A DNA stretch of 64,000 nt from Candidatus Algichlamydia australiensis (lineage in GTDB: Bacteria > Chlamydiota > Chlamydiia > Chlamydiales > JAJFMI01), in the NCBI GenBank assembly GCA_033977065.1, contig JAXCHI010000003.1, forward strand, positions 384,001-448,000. Direction: 5' to 3'. The notes under the pieces are model-generated. The model ran no database searches. It was not told where the DNA came from and was given only the letters and a program-made list of their open reading frames with translations. Positions 39,429-48,596 of this stretch are shown here, in pieces (position 1 is the first letter of the stretch; every line of letters begins with the position of its first letter). The position numbers and the translations under genes were made by a program.

Positions 39429-40174
39429 ACTTTCCTTAATTTTGCGTGGTCCTTATCTAAAGCAATTAATTTAGGAGGGTAGGCGTGCTGGTTGGTAAAC
39501 CATTTTTTCTTTCTTTCTGGCATGCAGTAGCTTGGAGAGAGAATTCTGGTGGGAGGGTGATCAATAAAATAGCGATTAAGATGGCTCTCATCATGCCACA
39601 CAGCAATAACCCCCCGTTTTAGATCGCGATCAACTTTTTTCACCGTAGTTTCAAGAAGTTTGATGAACTCGCTTCGCGTCCCACCATAGTACCCACCGGC
39701 AAAATAGAATTTACCTTCCGATTTTTTTACGTAAGCTGTTGACTTTGGAGAGGTTTCATAGCTCCCTCGTTTATTCACAAATCCCGGGTGCTGCGTTCCG
39801 ATGCGGGCGCCAAGCATCTCTTCACCTACATCCGCAACAAAGAGCATGTCTGCATCTGATGCAAAGATATAATCGAGGTTGGCAAAGAGCTCTTTGTGCT
39901 TCAAATAGGTATGAAAACGTTTTAAAGTATCGTGTGGCCACCCTAGTCTCTCTTGTGGAACGACAACTACATCATCTTCAAACTCAAGATTCGTATCTGA
40001 AAAAACAAAGTAGGTGACATTGTGACCTTTAAAAAAGTGTTTGCGACAAGAGGCGATAAACTCTTTTGCGAAGACATCGTAACGCCCTGTTGCCATCATG
40101 CAAAGGCCAATGTTGTACTCTTTTGCGAAGCAGAAGAGAGGAAGCAAAAGTATAGATAGAAGAAAACGGGACAC
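39425..40174 (-). CDS. GT6 family (ABO/alpha-1,3-Gal(NAc) transferase-like) glycosyltransferase with signal peptide
   Basis: ATGRY, DxD (DAD), HPGF, YFAGGYYGG, WHDESHLNRYF, LSPSY. Confidence 0.9.
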   Translation of the reverse strand: MSRFLLSILLLPLFCFAKEYNIGLCMMATGRYDVFAKEFIASCRKHFFKGHNVTYFVFSDTNLEFEDDVVVVPQERLGWPHDTLKRFHTYLKHKELFANLDYIFASDADMLFVADVGEEMLGARIGTQHPGFVNKRGSYETSPKSTAYVKKSEGKFYFAGGYYGGTRSEFIKLLETTVKKVDRDLKRGVIAVWHDESHLNRYFIDHPPTRILSPSYCMPERKKKWFTNQHAYPPKLIALDKDHAKLRKV

Positions 40175-40210
40175 TTGGTTAACCTAGTTTTTTAGCCCCA
40201 GAGTAGTAGA

Positions 40211-41107
40211 ATGAAGAAATTTTTTACATCACTTTTTTTGATCACAACAATTTGTGCGCAGAAAGCAGACCTGATCATTTTTTCCTATGACCGTCCTCTA
40301 CAAGCCTATGCTCTTCTTGAGTCTGCAGAACAACATGTAACAGGGATTGAAAAAGTAGTAGTGCTTTTTCGTGCGAGCAATCCCGAGTATGAGCAAGGTT
40401 ATGAGGAAGTTGCTAAGCAATTTCCCGATACGAAATTTATTCAACAGTCTCATAGATATGCAAAGGAAGATTTTAAACCTCTTTTAATGAAAGCATTAAG
40501 TAGAGAGTGCCGCAGTCCTTATCTCTTTTTTGCCGTCGATGACATTGTGATTAAGGACCAAATTGATCTCCCTCTCTGTATCTCCTATTTAGAAAAATAC
40601 AAGGCAGAGGGTTTTCACCTTCGAATGGGAAAAAACTTGGATTACTGCTATACCGAACAGAGCAAACAGCCGCTTCCCCCGCTCACAGAAGTCGAAGAGG
40701 GAGTACTACGTTGGCGTTTTAGTCAAGGAAAGCATGATTGGCGCTATCCCCATACGGTGGATTGTTGCGTTTTTCGCAAAAAACAGATTCTTAAAGATTT
40801 TTCTTCCATGCGATTTTCAAATCCGAACACATTAGAAGCAAAATGGGCAACTCGTTGTGATTTTTCCCGTTTTGGTCTCTGTTTTGAAACTTCAAAAATT
40901 GTGAACCTTCCCCTCAATTTGGTGAATGAGACCTACAAAAATGTTCATTTGAACAGCTTTACCCCGAAAGATCTACTAAAGATCTTTAATGACGGGAAAA
41001 AGATGGATATTATGCAGCTCTACCAGATTGAAAATCGCTCTGCGCATATCGATTATGAGCCTAGCTTTACTGAGCGTACATCCAGAGATACTTCTTCCAG
41101 AGATTAG
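40211..41107 (+). CDS. GT-A fold glycosyltransferase-like protein with signal peptide
   Basis: IIFSYDRPLQAYALLES and FFAVDDIV. Confidence 0.6.
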   Translation: MKKFFTSLFLITTICAQKADLIIFSYDRPLQAYALLESAEQHVTGIEKVVVLFRASNPEYEQGYEEVAKQFPDTKFIQQSHRYAKEDFKPLLMKALSRECRSPYLFFAVDDIVIKDQIDLPLCISYLEKYKAEGFHLRMGKNLDYCYTEQSKQPLPPLTEVEEGVLRWRFSQGKHDWRYPHTVDCCVFRKKQILKDFSSMRFSNPNTLEAKWATRCDFSRFGLCFETSKIVNLPLNLVNETYKNVHLNSFTPKDLLKIFNDGKKMDIMQLYQIENRSAHIDYEPSFTERTSRDTSSRD

Positions 41108-41798
41108 GATAGTTTTTCTTCGCATAATCATCTAGAGCCTGCAGTTCTCTGTCCGAGACATCTTTTGAGTGATAAGTTAAATCTTTACCTTTTGAGCGCG
41201 CTCCTCCATATTTTTTATAGAATTGCAGTACTTTTCTTCGATGAGCGGCAATATTAAAAAGAAACTCCTCTAATTCTTGCTCATCATAACAGTCTAAAAA
41301 TTTGAGTACTTTTGTTAGTGTCTGTTTTGGATGCAAGATAAGATCTTCATAGTATACAAGAAGACGTCTTTCTGGATCCCAGGAGTCATAAAGCTTCAAG
41401 TTTTCAAAATAGTTCTTTTTCTCAGATATGTTTTGGAGGGCTTTTTTTACTGACCTGTGATGACGTATCATACACTCTTTGTAATTGCGAACTTGCAAAA
41501 TCAGAAGAGTGTCATCGCTTTTTTCTACTTGTGAGTGAAAATGCGTGTGGCGGTAAGGAGGTAGAGTAGGATCGTGCTCTATACCTGCTGTTGAATAGGA
41601 GATAAGCTTTGGCCCAGCTCTGCACTCTCGATGGGAAAAATGACCAATACAGTACATCAACCAGTGCGTTCCGCAGCGTGGATAAGTCAGGAAATAGAGA
41701 TCAAACTCACTGCTTGATAGAGGAGCGATTGCGAGAAGGGCAAAATAGCACCCTCTAGCTTTTATAAAGTCTCGTATATAGTAAAATACTTTTCCCAA
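41067..41798 (-). CDS. Sulfotransferase-family protein (ST7); start uncertain
   Basis: TYPRCGTHWL, QVRNYKE, LVYYEDL, SKGKDLTYHSK; hydrophobic leader CYFALLAIAPLSS. Confidence 0.8.
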   Translation of the reverse strand: MGKVFYYIRDFIKARGCYFALLAIAPLSSSEFDLYFLTYPRCGTHWLMYCIGHFSHRECRAGPKLISYSTAGIEHDPTLPPYRHTHFHSQVEKSDDTLLILQVRNYKECMIRHHRSVKKALQNISEKKNYFENLKLYDSWDPERRLLVYYEDLILHPKQTLTKVLKFLDCYDEQELEEFLFNIAAHRRKVLQFYKKYGGARSKGKDLTYHSKDVSDRELQALDDYAKKNYPNLWKKYLWMYAQ

Positions 41799-42472
41799 AT
41801 ATCTGGGTAGTGCTTTTTTATTCGATTTTCTAACAGTTTGCATTTTTCCGCTTGTGCCTTTTTAGAATGATATAAGAGATCAGATCCTCGTGATCTTGCT
41901 CCCCCTCTTTTTTTGTCATAAAACTGCAAAACAATTTGTTGATGTATTGAGAAATTATCTAGAAATTCTTGCAGCTTTTCTTCGTCGTACTGATTTAGAA
42001 ATATTAACACTTCGCGCAACACACTCTTGGGATCTTTCATAAAATCTTCGTAATAAACAAGAAGTTTGCGCTTGGGGTTCCACTTATCAAAGTACTGGAT
42101 ATTTCTAAAAAAATAGGACTCCCTTTTTGTGCATTGCTCAATGGCATTATCGATTGATTTACAGTGACGAACAAGTGATTCTGTAGGATTTCGAACAATC
42201 ATTAAGAGGTAGTCTTTTTTTCGATCTGGTGCAGGCTTTATTCTTAAGTTGTGAGAATGAATATAGCGATTTTTATCTGGATCACACTCTGCTGCTGCGG
42301 GCGTATAGATTGTTCTTCCACCATCAACAAGCCATCCTCTATCAGTAAGCATAGTGATGCAATACATCATCCAGTTGGCACCTGATCGGGGATAGGTAAG
42401 GAAAATTACCTCAGGAGAACTTGCTGCTAAGTGCAGAGTAAAAAGAAGAGAGAGAACAAAAATTTTTCTCAT
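41762..42472 (-). CDS. Sulfotransferase-family protein with signal peptide (ST8)
   Basis: TYPRSGANWM, IVRNPTE, LVYYEDF, SRGSDLLYHSK. Confidence 0.83.
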   Translation of the reverse strand: MRKIFVLSLLFTLHLAASSPEVIFLTYPRSGANWMMYCITMLTDRGWLVDGGRTIYTPAAAECDPDKNRYIHSHNLRIKPAPDRKKDYLLMIVRNPTESLVRHCKSIDNAIEQCTKRESYFFRNIQYFDKWNPKRKLLVYYEDFMKDPKSVLREVLIFLNQYDEEKLQEFLDNFSIHQQIVLQFYDKKRGGARSRGSDLLYHSKKAQAEKCKLLENRIKKHYPDIWEKYFTIYETL

Positions 42473-42525
42473 AATATTTCGATTTTTTCTTGATGCTATT
42501 CGATCGCCTTAATATTATCAAGAAA

Positions 42526-43575
42526 ATGAAAAGATTTTGTCTGGTTTTTGTTTTACTTGTCTCCTCACTTAGTGCTTTTGATAAAGTTGTGATTTGGGGT
42601 TACAAGCTTCACACGCATACGCACTCCTATATCCATCAAGGATTTTACCGTGCATTCAAACACTTAGGATTTGACGTTCGTTGGTATGATGAGAATGATC
42701 CTATTAACGAAGAGGAGCTTGCAAATTCTCTTTTCATCTTGAACTTGACTCGTTCAGATAACATTCCGATACGTTCCGATTGTTTCTATATTTTACACAC
42801 ACGTTGGCGCAAAGAGTTTTCTGCACTTGATACAAAATTTGGACCTTTGATTGAGCAGGGGCGTTGCGTTGCAATGAAGTGCTTTTGCGATCGTTTTCTC
42901 GATTTACCAGGATATGAAAAGCTAGCTCCCTGCATTTATAGGTCGTTAAAGAAGCGCGATGTTGTCATGCCGTGGGCAACGGACCTTCTGCCTCATGAGA
43001 TTGATAAAGAGAAAGAGCGCCTCGCAAACATCTCTCCTAAAAAGCGGGTTGCTTATCTTGGAACAATCGGAAGAGGTGAAGGGCGGGGGTCTAACTATCA
43101 GCAGTTGTATCCTTTTTTCAAAGAGGCAAGACGAAGAGGCTACTCTGTAAAAACGAACGACCCTTGGAGTAAACCTCTTTCGATTGAGGAGATGAAACAG
43201 CTTTTGCAAGAATCAAAGCTTGCACCAGCAATACAAGGTGCATGGCAAGTAAGAAAAGGGTATATTCCTTGCCGCATCTTTAAAAATTTAAGTTACGGCT
43301 GTCTTGGTATAACAAACTCTTATCGCGTTTGGGAACTCTTTGATCGCAAAGTTGTTTACGATCCTGATTCAGCAAACCTCTTTGTAAAAGCGGAAAAAGC
43401 TTTAGAGACCTACTCTCTTGAAGAGCGCTTTGCCATGATGGATTATATTAAGGAGCACCATACCTACTTAAGTCGTATACGGCTTCTTTTGGAAGCGTTG
43501 CATGTTTGTTCAGGTGATCAACATATTCTTGAGATCATCGAAAACTTCAGCAATAAGAGAGGTTTTAATATTTAA
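42526..43575 (+). CDS. Putative GT-B (CgeB-like) glycosyltransferase with signal peptide
   Basis: VVIWGYKLHTHTHSYIH, PWATDLLP, YIPCRIFKNLSYG, HHTYLSRI; paralog of 31347-32312. Confidence 0.6.
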   Translation: MKRFCLVFVLLVSSLSAFDKVVIWGYKLHTHTHSYIHQGFYRAFKHLGFDVRWYDENDPINEEELANSLFILNLTRSDNIPIRSDCFYILHTRWRKEFSALDTKFGPLIEQGRCVAMKCFCDRFLDLPGYEKLAPCIYRSLKKRDVVMPWATDLLPHEIDKEKERLANISPKKRVAYLGTIGRGEGRGSNYQQLYPFFKEARRRGYSVKTNDPWSKPLSIEEMKQLLQESKLAPAIQGAWQVRKGYIPCRIFKNLSYGCLGITNSYRVWELFDRKVVYDPDSANLFVKAEKALETYSLEERFAMMDYIKEHHTYLSRIRLLLEALHVCSGDQHILEIIENFSNKRGFNI

Positions 43576-43615
43576 GTTGACAGGCGCTTACTATCAAAGC
43601 TAGTTTGAAATTGGA

Positions 43616-44413
43616 ATGAAAAGTCGCCTGCAGAGAGTGATTGCTCTCTTTATTATTTTGAGTGTTCCTACTTTTATTCTGAAGGAGTATCAGAATTTAA
43701 AAGTCTCTAGACGGAAAAATATTTTTTCTGAAGTCAAGCCTGCTCAACCAGTTGCGTGTTTGCGTGATAAAGAGTTTGTGATTCTCATTGTTTCGACTGC
43801 CATCAATGAGCAATTTTGGGAGAGAAATTTAAACTCTTTACTTACACAAGCTTATGAAAATTATCGTGTGGTCTATCTTGATGGTGGTAGTTCACAGAGA
43901 ATGCTCGATCGCATCGAGTATTCAGTTGCGCAGAATGAAAAAGCGGAGCTTGTAACGATCATTCGCAAGGAAGAGAAGCGCTCCTTGTTTGAGCACTATT
44001 GTGATGTTGTCAAAAACTTAGCGGATGATGCAGTGGTAGTTCACCTTGATGGAAATGACTGGCTTGCACACGACCTTGTTTTGCAAAAACTCAATAGCGC
44101 TTACTCTTGCCAAGGGGTATGGCTTACCTACGGCGGCTACTTAGAGTATACGCCTGGAAAGGCGGTATCGAGTATTGAGGCCTTTCAACAGCAAGTTAGT
44201 GGTCAAAGGCGCTCTAGCAGTGTTCCGTGGTTTCGCTCACCTCTTAAAACCTATTACGCAAAATTATTCAAACAGCTTGATTTCAGTGCGATCTATCAAG
44301 AAGACCAAGCCTTAACTGGATCGAGTTGGGGGTTCATGCTGCCGATGGTACAGATGGCGGGGCGTCATGTGCACTACATTCCTGAAGTTCTCTACGTTCA
44401 CAACACTATCTAG
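43616..44413 (+). CDS. Divergent GT2-like glycosyltransferase with N-terminal anchor
   Basis: QAYENYRVVYLD, HLDGNDWL, WLTYG, KTYYAKLF, YIPEVLY shared with the GT2 paralogs. Confidence 0.72.
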   Translation: MKSRLQRVIALFIILSVPTFILKEYQNLKVSRRKNIFSEVKPAQPVACLRDKEFVILIVSTAINEQFWERNLNSLLTQAYENYRVVYLDGGSSQRMLDRIEYSVAQNEKAELVTIIRKEEKRSLFEHYCDVVKNLADDAVVVHLDGNDWLAHDLVLQKLNSAYSCQGVWLTYGGYLEYTPGKAVSSIEAFQQQVSGQRRSSSVPWFRSPLKTYYAKLFKQLDFSAIYQEDQALTGSSWGFMLPMVQMAGRHVHYIPEVLYVHNTI

Positions 44414-44573
44414 ATAGCGTCGTCAAAAGGCTATAATCAGATTATTTTTCATGTTTGCAGCTTATTTTTGTGCGGAAATTGAAGCTGAATTTGTAAATTC
44501 CGCTTCATTTGAGCACAAAAATGGAGCCCAAACATGAAAAATAAGATAGTTGTATGCTTTTGACGACGCTATC
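44413..44573. mobile_element. Palindromic MITE-like element family A, copy 2 (161 bp)
   Basis: Terminal IR GATAGCGTCGTCAAAAG; TA duplicated at 44411-44412 and 44574-44575; sits at the shared CTAG of two convergent stop codons. Confidence 0.92.
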
Positions 44574-45622
44574 TAGAAGCCCGTGATGCGCCTTTCATAA
44601 ACAGAACCAATGCCAAGCTCATCGCGATATTTAGCTACAGTCCTTCTGGAAATCGGTTTGCCAAGCTCTCGCAATCCCTGCGCCAACTCTTCATCAGAGA
44701 GAGGGCGCTCTTCTTGAGCAACAAGCTCTTTAAGTCTCTCTTTTGGTCCTAAATTTTTTTGCAAAAAATATTTTAGAGGGAACATTCCCATGGAACAGAG
44801 TAGCCACTTTTCTTGGCAAGCACGAGAAACGGTAGATTCGGCTACCTGGAGTTTTTCTGCGAGATACGTAAGAGTTGATCCTTTCGGGTAAGTTGTTTTT
44901 CCTAAAAAGAACTCTTTTTCTTTTTCTATTAAAAGTTGAGCAAGTTGGGTGAGCATTTTTTTGCGATTGCGCAGGGCAACCAATAGCCAGCGCTCAGTAC
45001 AAGTTTCCCCTTCACCACCAGCAATTTCAATACCACTCTCATCAATAATAATATCGGGCAAGACGTTGCGATTTTCATCGGGTGCAAAAGGGAGTCCTGG
45101 GAAGGGGTGTAGAGGGCGAATCTCTTCACGGACAATTTGCTGTACCTCTTCAACACTCAAACACATTCCCTTGGCAATTTTTTCCCATCGCTGTCTGATA
45201 AAATCATTGTAGTACTTTTCTAAAAGTTGCTTGGCGATGCCAGTTGCTTGAAGAATAAGGGCCTCTTGAGGGCCGCGTGCGGCAATGCCTATGGGGTCGA
45301 ATTGCTGAATTTTTTTTAATATGGGAAAATTCTCTCCACTATAAAATCCCTTTTCATCTAAGTTGCCAATGATTTGTTCGGCTTGCGTCAGCTCATATGG
45401 GCTAAAAACTTCACGTGCCTGTGCCATCAGGTGATCGTACAAAGTAGGTTTTGCAACTAAGCTTTCTTCAAAAAAAGCGGCTTTAGAACCTCTTTTTTTC
45501 TGTAAAAATTCTTCGATTTGGGTGATGGGCATCTCTAAAATTTTTAGAGACTGCTGCATTGTCTGTGTAAGCGCGAGTTGCTGCTGCTGTTTTAAGGTGA
45601 GCTGAAGCTTGGGTCTTCCCAT
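44573..45622 (-). CDS. rpoN: RNA polymerase sigma-54 factor (compact)
   Basis: Q-rich region I LKQQQQLALTQTMQQSLKILEM, DPIGIAAR, ESTVSRA, RpoN box SRRTVAKYR. Confidence 0.9.
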   Translation of the reverse strand: MGRPKLQLTLKQQQQLALTQTMQQSLKILEMPITQIEEFLQKKRGSKAAFFEESLVAKPTLYDHLMAQAREVFSPYELTQAEQIIGNLDEKGFYSGENFPILKKIQQFDPIGIAARGPQEALILQATGIAKQLLEKYYNDFIRQRWEKIAKGMCLSVEEVQQIVREEIRPLHPFPGLPFAPDENRNVLPDIIIDESGIEIAGGEGETCTERWLLVALRNRKKMLTQLAQLLIEKEKEFFLGKTTYPKGSTLTYLAEKLQVAESTVSRACQEKWLLCSMGMFPLKYFLQKNLGPKERLKELVAQEERPLSDEELAQGLRELGKPISRRTVAKYRDELGIGSVYERRITGF

Positions 45623-45721
45623 AGTTCCACGATATAACATTGACTTTAAGCCTTTGCAAGGGAGGCGATGAACAACTGCTTTGCTGGCAGACAGTATCGA
45701 AAATGTCAGGGGGTGAGTTGT

Positions 45722-47812
45722 TCAGAGTCTCCCCAAACGTGCATACTTAGCAACTAAGGTCATGGAGTCATTTTTTTCGGGGAAATAGACATCATAACAG
45801 AGACCTAGCGAGCTCTCATGTACGCCTGTCACATGACCATTACCAAAGTCTTTGTGGAAGACGCGATCGCCAACATCAAATGCGCCACGCTCTTCGTCAA
45901 AATCGGAAGATTCTTCGTGGTAGAGAGTAAGATACTCTTCAGGAACCTCTTTTAAAAAACGAGAGGGACGCATGGGCTTGGAGCTGCCCCAGAGATAGCG
46001 GTACTCTGACCCTGTCATATAAAGATATTTTTTTGCGCGCGTCATTCCGACATAGCAGAGGCGGCGCTCCTCTTCTAGCGTTTCTGGTGCATCTTTGACA
46101 TTAACATGAGGAAAGAGATCCTCCTCCATTCCCACCATGCAGACAACGGGGAATTCTAAGCCTTTACTGTTGTGAATTGTCATAAGTCGTAGAGCATCTT
46201 CATGAGCCTCTACTTCATCACTTGTCTTGAGAGTAAGCTCTTCTAAAAAGAGTGTTAGAGAACCACTATCGCGCTCCTCTTGCCACTCTGCTGCCTTGGA
46301 AATTAATTCATTAAGATTCGCCTCGCGATCTTCTAAAGTTTCAGGGTCAGCTTTGAGAACATCCAGATATCCGGAGCGTTCGATTGTTTCGCGAATAAGA
46401 GTACTTAGAGGAAGACCCTCTTTTAAAAGATTGCGCAGAGTTTGAATGAGATTTAAATACTCTTGCAGACCTGCTTGTTGTTTGGGAGAGAGTTTGAACT
46501 CACCTCGCTCACAGTAGCTAAGAATAGGCAAAATGCTCTCTTCAGAACCTGTTTTTAGCTTTGTCAAAGTAGTGGGACCAATACCGCGCTTGGGCAAATT
46601 GATCGTGCGAGAAAAGGCGATAAAGTCGCTATCTGAAAGAATCATCCGCAAATAGGCGAAGAGATCTTTGATCTCACGGCGCTGATAGAAAGAGACACCT
46701 CCAATAATCACGTAAGGAATATCATTGCGCAGGAGCTGATCTTCAAAGAGGCGCGATTGAAAATTCGTGCGATAGAAGATCACACACTCACTTAAAGGGA
46801 TGTCGTGGGTGCGGTGGTGGGAGAGGATTTTTTCAATGACAAATTCTGCTTCACGCCGATCGGATGGTGCGCGGTAGTACCCAATTTTTTCCCCGTCGCC
46901 CAACTCACTCCAGAGATGCTTTTCGTGGGAGCGTGGGTTATTGACAATCAATTCATTAGCCGCTTTTAAAATCGTATTCGTGCTGCGGTAGTTTTGATCG
47001 AGAGTGATGACCTTTGCACCTGGAAAATCCTTTTCGAAATTCAAAATATTGCCTACGTGAGCACCGCGCCAAGAGTAGATCGATTGGTCGGGATCCCCAA
47101 CTGCAAAGAGGTTTTTGTGTTTCTCAGTCAAATACTTAGAGAGCAGATACTGCGCGCGGTTGGTGTCTTGATACTCATCGATCAAAAGAAAGGACCAGCG
47201 CCTCTGGTAGTGCTCCAAAACCTCGGGATGATTTTCAAAGAGCTTGACCGGCAAGTAGAGCAAATCATCAAAGTCAAGAGCGTTATACTCTTTGAGTTTT
47301 TGCTGATAATGCATGTAGACATCGGGAAGCAACTCATCCACCTTGCTCTCTGAGAAGTCGACGGTGACTTGGTGTGGCATCACCAAATCATTTTTTGCGT
47401 AGGAGATCGCGCCCTTTAGCGCCTTAGCAAGACCTTTTTCATCTTTTACCTCCATGCTTTTTAAAATCGACTTGATCAGTGCAATACTATCGTCGCTATC
47501 GTAGATATGGAAATTTTTTGAAAATCCAAGAGCGTCAATCGACTCACGCAAAATACGCACGCCCAGAGAGTGGAAAGTACAGGTTAAGACATTTTTATTG
47601 CAGAGATCATAAGTGCGATGACGCATCTCTTCGGCTGCCTTATTTGTGAATGTCACAGCTAGAATTTCAGATGCAGGAACTCCATGCTCAAGCAAACGAC
47701 AGATGCGGTGGGTCACAACTCTTGTTTTACCAGAGCCAGCTCCTGCTAAAACAAGCAGTGGCCCTTCAAAATGCTCAACAGCTTCCTGTTGTTGCGGATT
47801 CAATGACGACAT
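45722..47812 (-). CDS. uvrD: UvrD/PcrA family DNA helicase
   Basis: AGAGSGKT, DEYQDTN, VGDPDQSIYSWRGA, TIHNSKGLEF, EERRLCYVGMTRA. Confidence 0.95.
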   Translation of the reverse strand: MSSLNPQQQEAVEHFEGPLLVLAGAGSGKTRVVTHRICRLLEHGVPASEILAVTFTNKAAEEMRHRTYDLCNKNVLTCTFHSLGVRILRESIDALGFSKNFHIYDSDDSIALIKSILKSMEVKDEKGLAKALKGAISYAKNDLVMPHQVTVDFSESKVDELLPDVYMHYQQKLKEYNALDFDDLLYLPVKLFENHPEVLEHYQRRWSFLLIDEYQDTNRAQYLLSKYLTEKHKNLFAVGDPDQSIYSWRGAHVGNILNFEKDFPGAKVITLDQNYRSTNTILKAANELIVNNPRSHEKHLWSELGDGEKIGYYRAPSDRREAEFVIEKILSHHRTHDIPLSECVIFYRTNFQSRLFEDQLLRNDIPYVIIGGVSFYQRREIKDLFAYLRMILSDSDFIAFSRTINLPKRGIGPTTLTKLKTGSEESILPILSYCERGEFKLSPKQQAGLQEYLNLIQTLRNLLKEGLPLSTLIRETIERSGYLDVLKADPETLEDREANLNELISKAAEWQEERDSGSLTLFLEELTLKTSDEVEAHEDALRLMTIHNSKGLEFPVVCMVGMEEDLFPHVNVKDAPETLEEERRLCYVGMTRAKKYLYMTGSEYRYLWGSSKPMRPSRFLKEVPEEYLTLYHEESSDFDEERGAFDVGDRVFHKDFGNGHVTGVHESSLGLCYDVYFPEKNDSMTLVAKYARLGRL

Positions 47813-47822
47813 GCAAAACAGT

Positions 47823-48530
47823 CTAGCAAAGCGCTACTTTTTCTTCATTCGCAGAGTATTCGGGAGGAAGAGGTCTCTCTAAGCGCTTTAAGTAAGTTAC
47901 AGTTGTGAAGGTCATGATCCAAACTGAGGCAAGGCAATCAATAGGGAAGAACAAAACGCGAAATAGAATCTGCATTGCTATAGGCTTTGTGCTGATCACG
48001 CTTTCATCAAAAAAGGCTAAGGAACCGATTGCAAGGAAAAAAATGATAAAAAAGAGCCCGATTAAAGTAGTGTACCCGAGAAGACGCCAGCGATATCCCT
48101 TTGTCAAAGCGCGGCTTTTTTTCCATGCCTCTTTGATAGTAAGATCTTCCAACACTAAAATAGGAAACATAAAGAAGGCCATAATTGCAACAACGAGAGA
48201 GGGAACAACAAAGAGCATACTGCAGAGGAGAAAAATAATAGTAAATACAAGAAGAAAAAGCAGGATTTTTCCATATTTAGAAGCAGCAATTTTTAAATTA
48301 TCTCTCAATTTATAAGCTTGATCCTTATATATAGCGTTAATAGTAAGAATGGCAAAAGTTTCAAGGAGAACAAGTGTAAAAATATTATAAGCAGGAAACA
48401 GATTTAGTTGCTGCTTTGCTGTTAAGAAAAAAGAGAGTGCCACAAGAGGAAGGCAGAAAAGCGTGTTGAGTAAATAGATAGGCCCAATGATTTTGCCAAA
48501 GAACCGAAAAGTATTTCTAATGAGTTTCAT
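47823..48530 (-). CDS. Hypothetical polytopic membrane protein
   Basis: Five or six hydrophobic segments; AWKKSRALTKG..W motif. Confidence 0.65.
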   Translation of the reverse strand: MKLIRNTFRFFGKIIGPIYLLNTLFCLPLVALSFFLTAKQQLNLFPAYNIFTLVLLETFAILTINAIYKDQAYKLRDNLKIAASKYGKILLFLLVFTIIFLLCSMLFVVPSLVVAIMAFFMFPILVLEDLTIKEAWKKSRALTKGYRWRLLGYTTLIGLFFIIFFLAIGSLAFFDESVISTKPIAMQILFRVLFFPIDCLASVWIMTFTTVTYLKRLERPLPPEYSANEEKVALC

Positions 48531-48596
48531 ACAGGTAATCTTAACAAAAAGTTTGCATATTTTGCAAATAAACCCTCACTCTGTCAATGTAGTTCC

